A stretch of 64,000 nucleotides of DNA from the NCBI GenBank assembly GCA_013265495.1, contig MU058418.1, positions 2,072,917-2,136,916 on the forward strand, given 5' to 3'. A model generated the notes under the pieces. It saw only the letters and a list, made by a program, of their open reading frames with translations. It ran no database searches and had not been told where the DNA came from. Of this stretch, positions 13,590 to 26,502 are shown piece after piece; the stretch's first letter is position 1, and the number at the start of each line of letters is the position of its first letter. The stretch is from Vicugna vicugna (lineage: Eukaryota). The position numbers and the translations under genes are program-made.

Positions 13590-13947
13590 CTGATGAGAGA
13601 AATCATAAAGGAAATATTTTTAGTGGGAAGGAAGCTGGTAGTATTCAGCCATGGTACAAAGACATTGCTGGTGGCTTGACCACTTCAGTCTAGAGAACAA
13701 ATATTTGTTAGCTTCCAAGTGGCTGGGTGTTGGCAGCTAAAGCCTTTGACCCTCTATGGCTTCCCTGCTGCCCTTGATTTATTAACTGTTTTTCTATAAT
13801 TGTAAGCGGTGCTGATGAAAGGCAACACAGCCCTAAAAACATACATTTCTTTTGAAATGTTAAAAAGAGATCAAGGCATACAGCAAATTGCTTTTGTTTC
13901 ATTCTCAAGTGTTATTTTCCAAATCATGAAAAATAAAAAGTAATAAC

Positions 13948-14154
13948 CTGTATTATTTGTAAATTACTCATGTCTGCTTCAAATTTTTCTCGCAGTTCAC
14001 TTCTCAGGCGTTCAAGTGCATCAATCTCCTGCTCTTCATCTTTCTCACTCATCACTTCCTCATCTTTTGGAAACTCATCTTCGAGTATGTTCTCAATATC
14101 ATCTGCATCTTCTTCAGGATCTTCCTCACTAATATCTTCATCTTCTCTAATTGT
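13948..14154 (-). CDS. AK9: AK9 acidic exon (TIREDEDISEED...NLQIIQ)
   Basis: ccttag| acceptor, CAG|GTTATT donor, 207 nt. Confidence 0.92.
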
Positions 14155-14474
14155 CTAAGGAAGAAAATATTCCCTTTTAATACACATATAGAAGATGGAG
14201 CAAATGACAAGGCTAACTAATTATCTGGGGTATTTCGGAGCAAGTGGATATTCGTTAGTATGGCATGCAACATTCAACTACTGACACGGTGAAGTTTTAA
14301 ATATCCGGCACCCAGAAATTTAACGCCTTCAAGACTCGGACACCACAGTGATACCATAAAGAAATACACAGACGAGATACTAACTGCTAATATTTAATGC
14401 TGTCGTTTTCAGAATGTGATATGTTTTTGGTGGTCTTCAATAACAATATTTAATGCAGTGGAGAGAGTATAAGA

Positions 14475-14650
14475 CACTCACTAGCTGTATTAGCCTGGAC
14501 AAGATCAGTTTCCTCATCTGCAAAATAGGAATAAGGAAAGTACCTCCCACACATGGTTGTTGGCAGCTGATTAAATAAGCTGATACATGCAAAACCCTTA
14601 GGAAACTGCCTGGCACATGGTAAGCATGCAAATGATAGCTATTATTCCCA
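14475..14650. mobile_element. MIR SINE
   Basis: cagtttcctcatctgcaaaatagg...tgcctggcacatggtaagc. Confidence 0.78.
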
Positions 14651-16908
14651 TTATGCTTTTAAAGCTATTATTGTCATTTTGTATGAAGCACTGTACTAAT
14701 AGAACAGTACATGCCCCTTAGGAGGTTACAGCTTATCTGAGGAAACAAGAATATACATAAATGATTATTAAACACCATGACATGATACTGATACTAGGTG
14801 GTACTGCACAGGCTCTGCACGAATCTGAGCCCTACCGTATTGATCCTCCTGCACTGGTCGCCCTGAGGTACTCCTCCCAGTTGCAGCACTGCCTTCCAGT
14901 CGGAAACCTCGGAGTTATTTTGACTCCTTGCTCTCCATTATTGCACATCCAGTTTCCAAGGACGGGAGTCCTAAATAGTCCTTTAGACCCCCTCCTCCTT
15001 TTCAGTCCCACTCTACTGTTTGCCTTCTCGTTATCTCTTGCCTGCAGTCTTGTGATTAGCTCGCTATTTCCTAATCTTTCTAACTGATTAAACCCTGGCT
15101 CCTTTAGAAGGCACTTGCAGCTGGGATTTGGACTTGTAGGTGTCGGAGGAAGATGAGAGGATAAGGGCCCTTCCCTGCTCTGTGCTTAGGCTCCTCTCTC
15201 CCCAAAAGGAGTTTGGCGATGAGACAAATCTGAGATTTCTCAGAACTTTTTAATTTGAATTTTGAGACCACCTACTACTTTTTCTTTTTTCTTGTATTTT
15301 GACAATTTTTTATCCTGAGATTTGATTTTCTAAGGATCACTGGAAGTATGAGGGGATGAGTTCACACTACAAGCTGGGGACATCTTAGTTTCAGGTGAAC
15401 TTGTGCTCACCTCTCCAGCTCTAGCTAATAGTTCTTCCAACTTGTTTGTTAATTTAAAAAACTTAAACTATATACGTTTAAAAAGAAGTTATTTTTGCTA
15501 TAAAGATCAAATTATACAGCATCATATAGGGTAAAAAAAAAGTCTCCCTTTATACTTACAGCTCTATTTCTACTCTCTTCCCTGGAAATAGTTTTGGTTA
15601 ACAATTTGATTAGGATCCTTTTGGACACACACACACATACACACATACAATTAATATTATTTTATACTTAAATGAAATCATTCTATTTTCTACAACTTGC
15701 TGAAAAATAATTTTGTGACATATTTAAATTTCTTTCCATATCAGAACATGCATCTCATGATTTTTTATTTAGCAATTCTTGCATTTAAAAAATGCAGGTT
15801 TTTTTGTTTTGTTTTGTTGTTATTCTATAGAAATCAGTTTAATAAGTAACAAAATAAATAGTAAAAGATCACTACTTTTGACCCTTGTGCTGTTTGGTTT
15901 CTCTTTCCTGCTAGTGATAATGAGAAATTTGCTGACTTAACATTACTCTTTTTCTTCTGCCTATACCTCAGTTTTAGTCATATTTTTAATTCTTAATTCT
16001 GCCTGAAGTGCCTATAACTTTAAATCCTACCCCTAAATCTGTATTTATTGAGTTCTCATTTTTTGTTGTATGTTTTGATTCTCCACAATTCAAGAAAATG
16101 TCCTTACTCTTTCTTCCATTTTTCCCTCTCTTTAGTTCCTAAATTTTTGTCTTCAAAATTATTACCGTCACATTTCTGTCTTGTAACTGTAGTTAAGTAT
16201 TTAGTGCTTCATGTAGAAATTAATTGTGAAAATTAAAAGCAAACAGTATTTGATTCTGAAAATGAAATCCAATAAATAGCACCTGTTATATTTAATTACA
16301 TAATCTTTATTCACTACAGCCAAAGATAGTGACAGAAGGAATGCAACTCTATATCAGAAAACATGTGCCATTCTAAGGAGACTGTTTCAAATATCAAGGT
16401 CAAACACTATTTTTCCCATTATTTAAAATCATGCCATATTTTAATCTGCCCCATATTCAGATAATGATTTTTCTTGTCCAGCCCCTACCCCCATATTTGT
16501 TTGTTTGTTTTATATTGTAGGTGGAAAAGATTATTTACCATATCAATTGTCTACTTTATTCAAAAAGAATATATGAAAGCCTAATTTTCTAAGACCTTAA
16601 ATATCTGAAAATATTTCCACTCCATTCTTACACATTATAAATTGTTTGCGTAGATATAGAATTCTAGGCTGAAAATCATTTTCACTCAGAATTTTGAAGG
16701 CACTGTCTTTGTCTTCTATCACCCAGTATTGCTGGTTTGAAGTCTGATGCAAATCTTATCCACATTCCTTTGTAGATTTTTTTTTCATGTTTATTTTCTC
16801 TCTTTTTCACTTTTTTTTTTTTGGAATGCATATTGGATGTTAACCATACTGGATTGACTCCACATACCCCTAGTTTTTTCTTTCATATTGTCTATCTCTT
16901 GCATTTTT

Positions 16909-17012
16909 TTTCTTGCATTTTTTAAAATGGAGGTACTGGTGATTGTACTCGGGACCTTGTGCATGCTAAGCATGTGCTCTGCCCACTGAGAGCCTGAGCT
17001 ATACCCACTCCC
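16909..17012 (-). mobile_element. tRNA-Ala-derived SINE (camelid Vic-1-like)
   Basis: A/B-box tRNA-like head on minus strand; TSD tatctcttg(c/t)attttt at 16893-16908 and 17014-17029. Confidence 0.85.
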
Positions 17013-17989
17013 TTATCTCTTGTATTTTTATTCTACATTTGAGAAACTCTTTAGCTTTTTCTTCTAATTTTTTAATTCAACTTTTAGTCAATTTAAATGC
17101 TATATTTTCTTTATTATAGTTTCTATGAACTGCTTTTTGTTCTCTGGTTTTTCATAGCATCCTGTTTTTGTTTTATAGATACAAGCTCTTGAATTTTCTG
17201 AGGTAAATGGGAACTTTAAAAACAGTTTAATAATATTTTGTGTATTGTCTATTTGTTTCAGAGTCAATTATTCTATTTGTTCATCTTGGTTCTTCTTGTA
17301 TTGATAATTTCCCTCAAGTGCATGGTAATCCTTCGTTGTCTATTCATTTTTAAGGACTAAGTTGATTAATTCAGAACAACTGTAAGCTCTGGGTATGTGA
17401 GCAGGACAGGCTGTCTCATGCTTTCATTTAAGATGTGAGGATGAGAAGAGCAGGCAGGCTGGATCTTGCCCTCAATGATGAAGGGCACCAACTGACATTC
17501 TGTGGCACCTACCATTTTCTAGACATATTATTTAATTACTTTAAAAATTATTTACCTTTTTCCTTCATGAGCACAAGTGTCACTGTTACATGAGGAGCTC
17601 ATGGAAATAACCTTAAATGACTTTATGCAATTGACCCTCTTGGACTTTCTAGATAACCAAATTATATGCAAATAATACAGTCTGTTCTTACTTTTCAACA
17701 TGTATGGTGTTTCTTTTTCTTATCACACTGCTGGGGCTAGTTCCTTCAGTACAATGTTGAATTTTTTTTAAAGATTAATATCCTAAAAATCTTCAGAGCA
17801 GACCATCTGAAAGACCCACAGGTTAATTCTTTTTAGGGAAAAAGGCTTTATTTTTCTATAAATGACATTTTGGTCTTCTGGAAAAAATGCTGTTTTCCCC
17901 TTACATCTACCATCTTTCAGTCCTTGGTAGGAGATACATGTTCTAAACTTCATGGTCTCAGACACCTGCTTCTAGTATGAAGGAATAAG

Positions 17990-19650
17990 TTCATTTAACC
18001 TCTAGCAGATAATGACTATAAACCATGGACAAATTTTATAGAACAGTCAAAATTTGGAGGAAGCAATGGGCTTAGGGTCAGTTCTCTTATTTTGTGCATG
18101 CTCAGAGGGCAGCCTCCATCAGAGTGGTGGTGACATCGGGTGACAAAAACTCTGATAGAAAGCTCTCTGTCTTTCTAGCTGGGGGAAGCAGGGGAAGGAA
18201 CCACAATCAGGGCACTGGAGAGTAAGGGTAAACTCCAGAGCTGAGAGAGCCAGAGAAGAAACGCCAAATTCAGTTGGCAAAGATTATCCAAGTCTCTGGA
18301 TAATTGCTGAATTCTGCACATATGGGCTGTTTGAGAACAGTATAAGCTGAACTGCCACCCATTGTAGGCACGACAGCCTCCAGGTTTAGTCTTACCAAGT
18401 TAATTGTCTGCTAAAACAAAAACATCAGCCCAGCCCTCTTTGAAGGTATATAACAGAATCCAGAATCCCCACAACATAACATTCACGGTTCTAGGATATA
18501 ATCCAAGATTATAAAAATATAAAGGATCATGAGATATGACCCATTCTCATAAGAAAAGATAACCATTAAATACCAAGTCCAGTGTTAGAGTCACCAATCA
18601 AGAACTTTAAAGCAGTTACTATCACTATAATCAATGAGGAAAAGAAAAACAAGCTAAAATGTAGGAAATCTCCAGAGGGAAGTAAAAAATATAAAAAACA
18701 AACCAAATTGAAAATTTAGAACTAAAAATTACAGTATTTGAAATAAAAAAAATTGGACAGGCTTAATTGTAGAATGGAAATGACAGAGGGAAGAATCAGT
18801 GAATTTGAAGATAGATCAACAGAAATTATCCAACTTAAAGAAGAGAGAGAAAAAAGATTGAAAACATTAACAGCTCCAGGACATGTGGAACAATAGTGAA
18901 AGATCTAACCTCTGTGTAACTGGTTTTCAGAAGAAGACAGAGCAAATGGGGCAGAAAAAATATCTGAAGAAATAATGTTCAAAGTCTTCCCAAATTTAGT
19001 GAAGGACATAAATTTAGAGATTAAAGAAGCTTAGTGAACACCCCAAACCAAAAAATATGAAGAAAATGACATGTGGATATATCATAATCAAACTATTAAA
19101 AAGCAAAACTATGCAGAAAAGCTTGAAAGCAACCAGAGAAAAACAATACAGGAAAACAATTCAGACGACCACTTTGTTTCCATCCCTCTGGTTTCATTCA
19201 AACCAGAGGGAGGCATAAGAACACCAGAAGTGGTAAATATCTGTATACATGAAAGAAAGGATTTATTTTCCTTTGAATTTATTTAAAATACATATGACTA
19301 TTTAAAACAAAAACTAGAACTTTTTCTTGTGGAGTTTAGAACGTATTTGGCTGTTGTGAAACACATGACAAGTGGAGCACAAAGGATGTTAGCAGAATGG
19401 GGTGGGTATAAATGGACTTGTAGAGTCACAAGGCTTCCACAGTATTACATGGAATAATATTGACTCTAAGTAGACTGTGAAAAGCTAAAGGTGTATATGT
19501 AATTTGGGAGCAATCACTAAAAAAGAATGCCTAGAGGTATAACTGAAAAGCCAACAGAAAATTTAAATAGACTTCTAAAATATATTGAAGTAATCATAGA
19601 GAAGGCTGGAAGGAAAAACAGAAAACAGAGGACAAACAGAAAGCAAATAA
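17990..19650 (+). mobile_element. Degraded old LINE-1 (5'UTR/ORF1-like region)
   Basis: A-rich ORF1-like sequence (gaagaatcagtgaatttgaagatagatcaacagaaattatccaa); boundaries approximate. Confidence 0.7.
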
Positions 19651-21129
19651 AATTCACTGTCTCAGAGAATTAGGACTTGATCTTGGGTAAGCTGTCTCGT
19701 AACCCTCTATCAGTAGGGGAAGGGAGGAGGAAGGCTACATTGGGATAGAAGGTTAACCAGGATAGTGATGGAGATTATAGTCACAATGCTTACAATTAGG
19801 GAGGAAATGAGAGAGGAAGACATGAAGAAATGGAAGAAGAAGAAGCAGAAGACTTCAGAATTTCAAGGCTCTTCCCAATACAGATGCACTAGATTCAGAC
19901 TCTAGATTCCTTTATTACACCAGGGGATGATGTTGCCTTCTAACTCTAGATTTTAACACACCATTCTGAACTGTTTCATTTTCAGTGCCTTGAAACTCAA
20001 TCTCCAACCTGTATACCCACTCACACTTTTGCTTTCTGTTCCATACCAAAGTGCCCTCTGCACACAGACTTTTGGGCCTATACACTCTGCCTTCTCTTGG
20101 CCTGGTGCTTGATCCTGAACCTCATCAGCCTCAGCGAACCTGACTTTGGCTTCTCCTCAGTACTTAGGGTATGTATCTCCTTAATTGTTCACCTGGGTAC
20201 AGTCTCCCACAGTTCTGCTTACTTGCACCCCTGGTTCCTGTCCTGGCTCTCCATGGCGTTCTGCCTGTGGCTACCCTACACTTGGTAGAAGGGACCCAGG
20301 TGCCAGAGAAGGAGCCAGTGTACAGGCCAAGAGCAGAGATTCTGGAGCAAGGAGTTAGAGTGGAAGCAAGGCCTCTGAGGAGTTGGGAGGCATACAGTGC
20401 AAATCTATACGAAGGGTTGGCTTATAGAATATTCTTCAGTCACATTTGGAGATTAAATTCCACATGATGGCGACATTTTCCTATGAAATTAATGGAAGCA
20501 GTCGCCTTCAGACTTTGAAGTGATTTCTGGTGTTAAAAGTGTTGTTGTCTTGCTAAAAAATGAGACAGTAAAGGCAATGATTTTTGTTAAGGCAGAGGAG
20601 ACAAACCTGGGAAGGGCTTTATCTGCATATGGTTCCCCAATTGGTGGTAAAAAGGTGAGTGAGTCAAGGAGCTGCATATCCTGTACAAAGAGGCAAATGA
20701 TGAGAAGACCACTGGTTATCTGCATGAAAGCAAGCTCCAGGGTCTATGTGGAGTCAGGATGGATTCAGCTCAGGGTGTCACATTAACTGATAACAACAAT
20801 CACACCAAGTGATCCTTGTGATGCTATGTTTTGTTTTAGTCTTTCTTTGTCTGAGGTGGTAGCAGGACATATCTTAAAAAATTCTTATCAAAAAAGCTTT
20901 AAAAACAGCCAATACACAGTTTTAATCTCACAAAATTTTATAAGAAATCTCAGGGATTATCTTCTAAAAGTCAGTTTGCACAAATTAATTGTGTCAGATA
21001 CACAGCCAATTTTATAAAAAATTAAGTCTCAAGAGAGCTAACTCATAAAATCCTATTTATAAGATAGAATATTGAATATTTGAATAAAAATAATAAGAAA
21101 TCCTACCATTCTAACAAATGAAAAATTAT

Positions 21130-21420
21130 AAACTAAGAATATATTTATCACATACAACATGATAAATGTAGCTAACACTGCTGTATGTTATATACGAAAG
21201 TTGTTAAGAGAGTTGATCCTGAGAGTTCTCATCGCAAGAAAAAAAAACGCTTTTCTAGTTCTCTAATTTTTGCATCTATATGGGATGATGGAATTTCACT
21301 AAACTTATTGTGAGAATCATTTCATGATGTATGTAAGTGAAATCATATTTTACACCTTAAACTTAGTGCTGTACTTCAGTTATAGCTCAATAAATGTGGA
21401 AGAAAAAATTAAAGAAAAAA
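21130..21420 (+). mobile_element. Old LINE-1 3'UTR fragment
   Basis: gttgttaagagagttgatcctgagagttctcatc...tacaccttaaacttagtgct...ctcaataaa. Confidence 0.75.
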
Positions 21421-23171
21421 ATGTTAATTTATCCTAAAGACTAATTCTTAAGAAAAAGATTTAACTGAAGACCAGCAAAGGGAAATTAAAGTATTACTAA
21501 TTAGGGAACTAAATATTATTACTCTTCCCATTTTATAATGAAAAGAAATCCGGGCTCAGAGAGGTTAAACAACTTGCTCAATGTTATACAGCAGCAACAA
21601 AACAAATGTAAGCTGAGGGCCTGTCATGTGTCAGCACTATGTTAGGCACTGGGGGCCAGCAGTGAACAAAGTCAAAAGAGCTCCGAGTAAGAGGGAGGAT
21701 ACCAGTTTGGGTCTGGTTAACACTAAAGTCTGGACTCTTAAAAATACGTTGCTGAGACATTTGAAGTGATTCTTAAAGGGACCACGAGGGACTCCCAAGG
21801 ACTAAAGGGAGTTAACTGTGCTTGATCCCAGGTTAAGATGTCTGTCTTTTTGATTCTGAATATTAGCATGATGCCTTGAATAGACTAGACTTTCAGAACA
21901 TGTTTATTCAGGGAATGAGCATGAGAATGAGGCCAGAGACTTCCGTCAATTTTGCTCATGACTGATACTCCAGTGTCTGAAATAGTGTCAGGCTCGCAGT
22001 GAGTACTCAGTCAAGATATGCTGATGGGCTGACTGAATGGGTGAATGAAGATCAAGGCAAATAATAAATAGGAGGATTTTGATCCGTACATGGTGCCATG
22101 ACTTTCTCAGCCTAATGGTTTTAGATTTATTTTTGGTTGTAAATACTTTAGACAAAGAAACAATTATTCCAATTCTTCTTCTGCAATGTTTTGACCCACA
22201 GTTACAGTTGCATTTTACTAACAGTCCTCTGTTTATAAGTCCATCATAACCATATCAGGAGGATGATACACGGTTGCACATGTAGCAAGTCATATTTTCC
22301 ATTATTTCTCTTTTCTCCTTCCCTTTGTTGAACATTTTTATGCAGATCGAAATCAGATTACAAGAGGTTCAGCCTTGAAAAGACACTACAAGGGTCCTTA
22401 AGCCAGAAGGAAATGGAAGAAGACAGGGGCTATCCTATCTTTTGCCTTGGTTACACGGTCACTGGTAAGATGACTACAAGCATGAGCCTCAGGTCCCTTA
22501 CAGAACTCCCTCTCCTCTTTAACTTCAGCACTTCTGAATTGCTTGGCTATAGCATTTGTGTCAGCTAGGTCAATTTGGGACTAGCTCTTCTAAACAAAAT
22601 AAAATTCATGATCTTCAAGGTTTACCTTAAAAAAAAATCAGCAGATGGATAAGGGGAACAGTACTAAGCATCCTGCACAGTACATGACTCTGAGGGTCCA
22701 TAGGCTCTGCCCCATTCCATTCTTTATCTTGAGGAAATCTATATTTGAGTTCCAGCACAACTTCACAGATTCTCTGTCCAGACCTCACTCCCAAGCTCCC
22801 AGCCCATCACCCTGTGGCATGGGCTGAAGTGTGAAAAGCACAAATGGAAATCCACAAGAAGCACAATTTAATGTAGTATTATTATATTTTGTATTAGATT
22901 ACTGAAACATCCTTAGTGGTCTTTCCTTTAAAAATGTTCACTTTTCTGATTATAAAAGTAATAAAAGCTCATTGTAAATAGTAATAGAACACCAAAAAGT
23001 GTAAAGAAAATAAAAATGATACATAATCTCAGTACTTGTGCATAAACTCTATATTTCCTTCAAGACTTCAATGCATATTTTTATTTTATATTGTTGAGAT
23101 TTTATATATATGCAAAATATGTTATATATGTGTGTGTCCTGCTTTTTTTAAAAGCAGTTTTATTTACTTAC

Positions 23172-23240
23172 CTCCCCCCCTTTTCTTTTCTTCTCTCTCT
23201 CTATTATAAGTTCAGCCCTTCTTTTAGAAATCATATTTTC
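23172..23240 (-). CDS. AK9: AK9 exon (ENMISKRRAELIIEREKKRKGGE)
   Basis: ttaacag| acceptor, GAG|GTAAGT donor, 69 nt, phase 0-0. Confidence 0.9.
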
Positions 23241-24389
23241 CTGTTAAAGAAAGAGATTAAAAATGTTAATGGATAATGATAAGATTATTTCTATGTATTA
23301 ATATTTTTTCCCCAATGTGGGAATAACATTTGGGCAGAAGGACTGTGTACTTTCCAGAAAAGCAGGTGATGGTGGGAATTATGTTACTTACATCTCTGTA
23401 CTTCTGGACCACTTGGTCAGCTATTTCCTTCCCAAATGATCAATAGCACTTGGGATCAGTCACTTTTTCTACAAATTTTAGAATTCCTTTTCAAAATGTA
23501 TTACTTATTTGTTTGCTTTTGATGAGGAAGTGGATTTTGCACATGGAAAAAATAGGGAAATATTTGGAGGCTTTTAACTGAAAATGTTTGATAATCTTTT
23601 ATTGTATGATTAAAATGTAATTGTCTAAAATAACCTAAAACACATATACATGTAAGGAAAGCATATGTACTTTGGATACATTCACAGACACAGTGTGTGG
23701 GTAATCCACTAGTATTTCTAGGGGCCTCTAAATCTAATGCTGTGAATGGGTTGTCTGATGTGACCTTAAAGCTTGCATAAAAACTAATCAGCACCCCTTG
23801 GGTTTTGAAGCTCATTGGCTCAGGCTCTCAAAATTGAAGTCCCTTTAAATACTGGGAGATCAGAGAGGTGCCTTAAAGACATGCCCTGGGGGCTTTGGTC
23901 TAGGCCAGCAGGACTCTGCTCCTTTTATCTGGCAACTACTGAGTATACATTCCAGATAATTCATGTTTTGTTGACATTCAAGATACACTTGTAGATAGAA
24001 TTATAAAACTGAGTGGAATCAAATTAGTTTAGTTTATGAGCCCCAGAGAGATCCTGCAGCTTTTCAGAGGATGAGAGTTACAAAAACCCTTATTATTTCC
24101 TCTTTTTAAACTAGAGTTTTACCGTAGGTGCTTTAACTGTAGAGTTATGAAAAGCCAGTCTCCTTGGAGTTTTCAAGACATACACAGAAACCACTGTATA
24201 TACCACTAGGAAATGCAAAGCATGCACAATAAAACACACACATATTCTGAGTTTGCTTTACCTTCAGTCCTTTCACTCGAATAAGTAGTGGTCAGTGAAG
24301 TTTAATTACTTATTGCATGTCTGCCAGATGCCATCACTGTCCTGAGCACGGCAATTTGTATATTCTTTCATTTTCTTCTCAAACCCTAC

Positions 24390-24609
24390 CTTGATTTTTG
24401 CCTTCATTTCTTTGATGAGCTTTTTCCTTTCTAGTTTCCTCTGTTGTTTCACTTTCCACTTTCCAATTTGGGTAGGAAGGAGGCGATCAGAAATATCTCG
24501 ATCATCAACTTGTATAAAAACAGCAGCATCTGGGAAAAATCCATGTTCCCCCAGAAACTCGACCTCATCAGGATATCGTGGGAAACCATCTAAAATAAAA
24601 CCTGTGGAA
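24390..24609 (-). CDS. AK9: AK9 exon (STGFILDGFPRYP...LIKEMKAKIK)
   Basis: cacctag| acceptor, AAG|GTAGGG donor, 220 nt; AK signature FILDGFPR. Confidence 0.95.
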
Positions 24610-25349
24610 CTAGGTGAAAATTTTATAATTTACTTAAAATGTTATATTATAAATATTGATTTAAAAATGAAAATAAATCTCAACTTTATAGGGAGTCCAA
24701 TGAATAGTTTAAAAAGTTTTCTGCAGTATCTTTAATTTCTTTTAATATTTCTACTTGTGTAAACATGGTGTTTCTTCTCCCAGATGTATGAAATTAGATT
24801 AAAATGATAACATTTTATACTTATGTTTACAGTATAAAATTGCAGTTAATCAGTTTATAGATAATGACTATTAATTAGAAGCTTACTAAAAGTTGTGAGA
24901 AGATCATAGGGCAGGAGAAAATAAGTTCTCTGCTTGGGATGAGTGCCCAGCCTAGGGAATGTGTCACCCTTTATGCAACGAGTTTACTTGGCTGGCCCCT
25001 CCTTCTACTGAGAATCCTTACCTTGTAGCCATTTTTCTTCTAATGATGTTTTTTTCATGAGACAATTCATATCCTCTTCCCTGGCTCCCTTTGTAACCAG
25101 TGACAATTATTAATGTTTTCTTGGCTCATATGTGTAAGATGATCATATTCAAAAACTTGCCCAAGTGTGATGAAACTTTAAGAATCATGAAAATAACTTG
25201 GAATGATAACACATTTTCATTAGGGAGTATTTTTTAAAAAATCAGGCTTTGAGAATTTGGCTTGGTTTAGTTGACAGTCGATATCGGTCCCTTTTTGAAT
25301 GAGAGTTTATCCATTTATCAAAAACTTGGTTTGTTTTAACTATTTACAT

Positions 25350-25513
25350 ATATATATATATTTTAAACTTATTTTTATTTTATTTATTTTTAGGAGGGAG
25401 GGAAGTAATTAGGTATATTTATTTACTTACTTTTAGAGGAGGTACTGGGGATTGAACCCAGGACCTTGCGCATGCTAAGCATACTTATTACCACTTAAAC
25501 TATAACCTCCCCC
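25350..25513 (-). mobile_element. tRNA-Ala-derived SINE (camelid Vic-1-like)
   Basis: B-box ggttcaatcccc on minus strand, AT-rich tail; TSD tttaactattta(c/t)at at 25335-25349 and 25514-25528. Confidence 0.88.
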
Positions 25514-25650
25514 TTTAACTATTTATATTTAAATATGTTTTCTTCATATAAATAGGACTTTCATAAACGTTTGACAATTTCGGCTCTTAACTGGCATTTA
25601 GAAATATGATTTTCTTTCTTATTAAATGGGAAAAATTTACATATTTTGGC

Positions 25651-26019
25651 TGTAAGATATGTGTCCTTTTCTATAGAGATGCACTCTGTGCTTTGGATAA
25701 ATGAGCCTCTAGATAGTTAGATGCATATCTCAGGAAGAATTTCAATGACTCCAGATTCTTGCTTCTTCTTATACACAGAAAAGCACTAAAATCATTAACT
25801 TGAGATAGCTGTTCTTTGTGATTAGCAGTAATCTTTTCCCAAGATGTATGCTTGACTGCAGTATTCCCTAGACAAAAAAATTCATATATATACTAGCTCT
25901 ATCGCTACCTCTTTGGAGCAGTTCTTCAGAGCTGTCTCCCAGGCTATAGTCTTCAGTAAGACCCTAAATAAAACTTAAACTCACAATTCTCAGGTTGTGC
26001 GTTTTTCTTAAAGTTGACA
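25651..26019 (+). mobile_element. Probable ERV solo LTR
   Basis: TG...CA ends, TATA-like tract then AATAAA near the 3' end. Confidence 0.6.
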
Positions 26020-26377
26020 GTGGTCTTCGCTGTAATTGTTAAAAGGTTACAAGGAAAGGAGTCTGGTACACCATGAGCTTTAGAATATGGGTCCTTAACC
26101 ACAATCACACATTACAATCAACTGGGGAACTCTAAAGAACACCAATGCCCAGCTCCCAACCTCATACCTCTAACAATTTTGATTCAATTGTTTTGGGGTG
26201 GGGCCCCTGGCATCAGCATTTTTAAAATAGTTCCTTAGATATTTTTAATGTGTAGAATCACCAGTTTACCTGAGAGTAAGGGAGAAAATTCTTAAGTTTA
26301 TGTTGGTTACATTTTAACTTTTAAGAATAAAGCACATAAAAGTCAATAAATGTACAAGCCTATAACAAATAAGATAC

Positions 26378-26502
26378 CGTATTGGTTCCTTAAACCACCA
26401 CTCAGAAAGTATTCCTTCAAGAATTTCAGGAGGCAATGGCTCATTTTCTGTTAGATTTAATCTGATTGCTTCTTCTTCTTCTGTAAATTGTACTTCATGA
26501 GG
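26378..26502 (-). CDS. AK9: AK9 exon (PHEVQFTEEEEAI...SEWWFKEPI)
   Basis: tttgtag| acceptor, CG|GTATCT donor, 125 nt. Confidence 0.93.

Noticed and set aside
13970..14158. Ser-rich plus-strand ORF (similarly 24391-24735 and 45264-45500)
   Set aside because: Antisense readings of AK9 exons
15270..15315. Candidate Lys-rich AK9 mini-exon
   Set aside because: The missing AK9 segment is encoded by 23172-23240, which has better splice sites and similarity
20489..20725. Minus-strand ORF with a hydrophobic N-terminus (MQITSGLLIICLFV...)
   Set aside because: No recognisable homology; better explained as the antisense shadow of the plus-strand relic block
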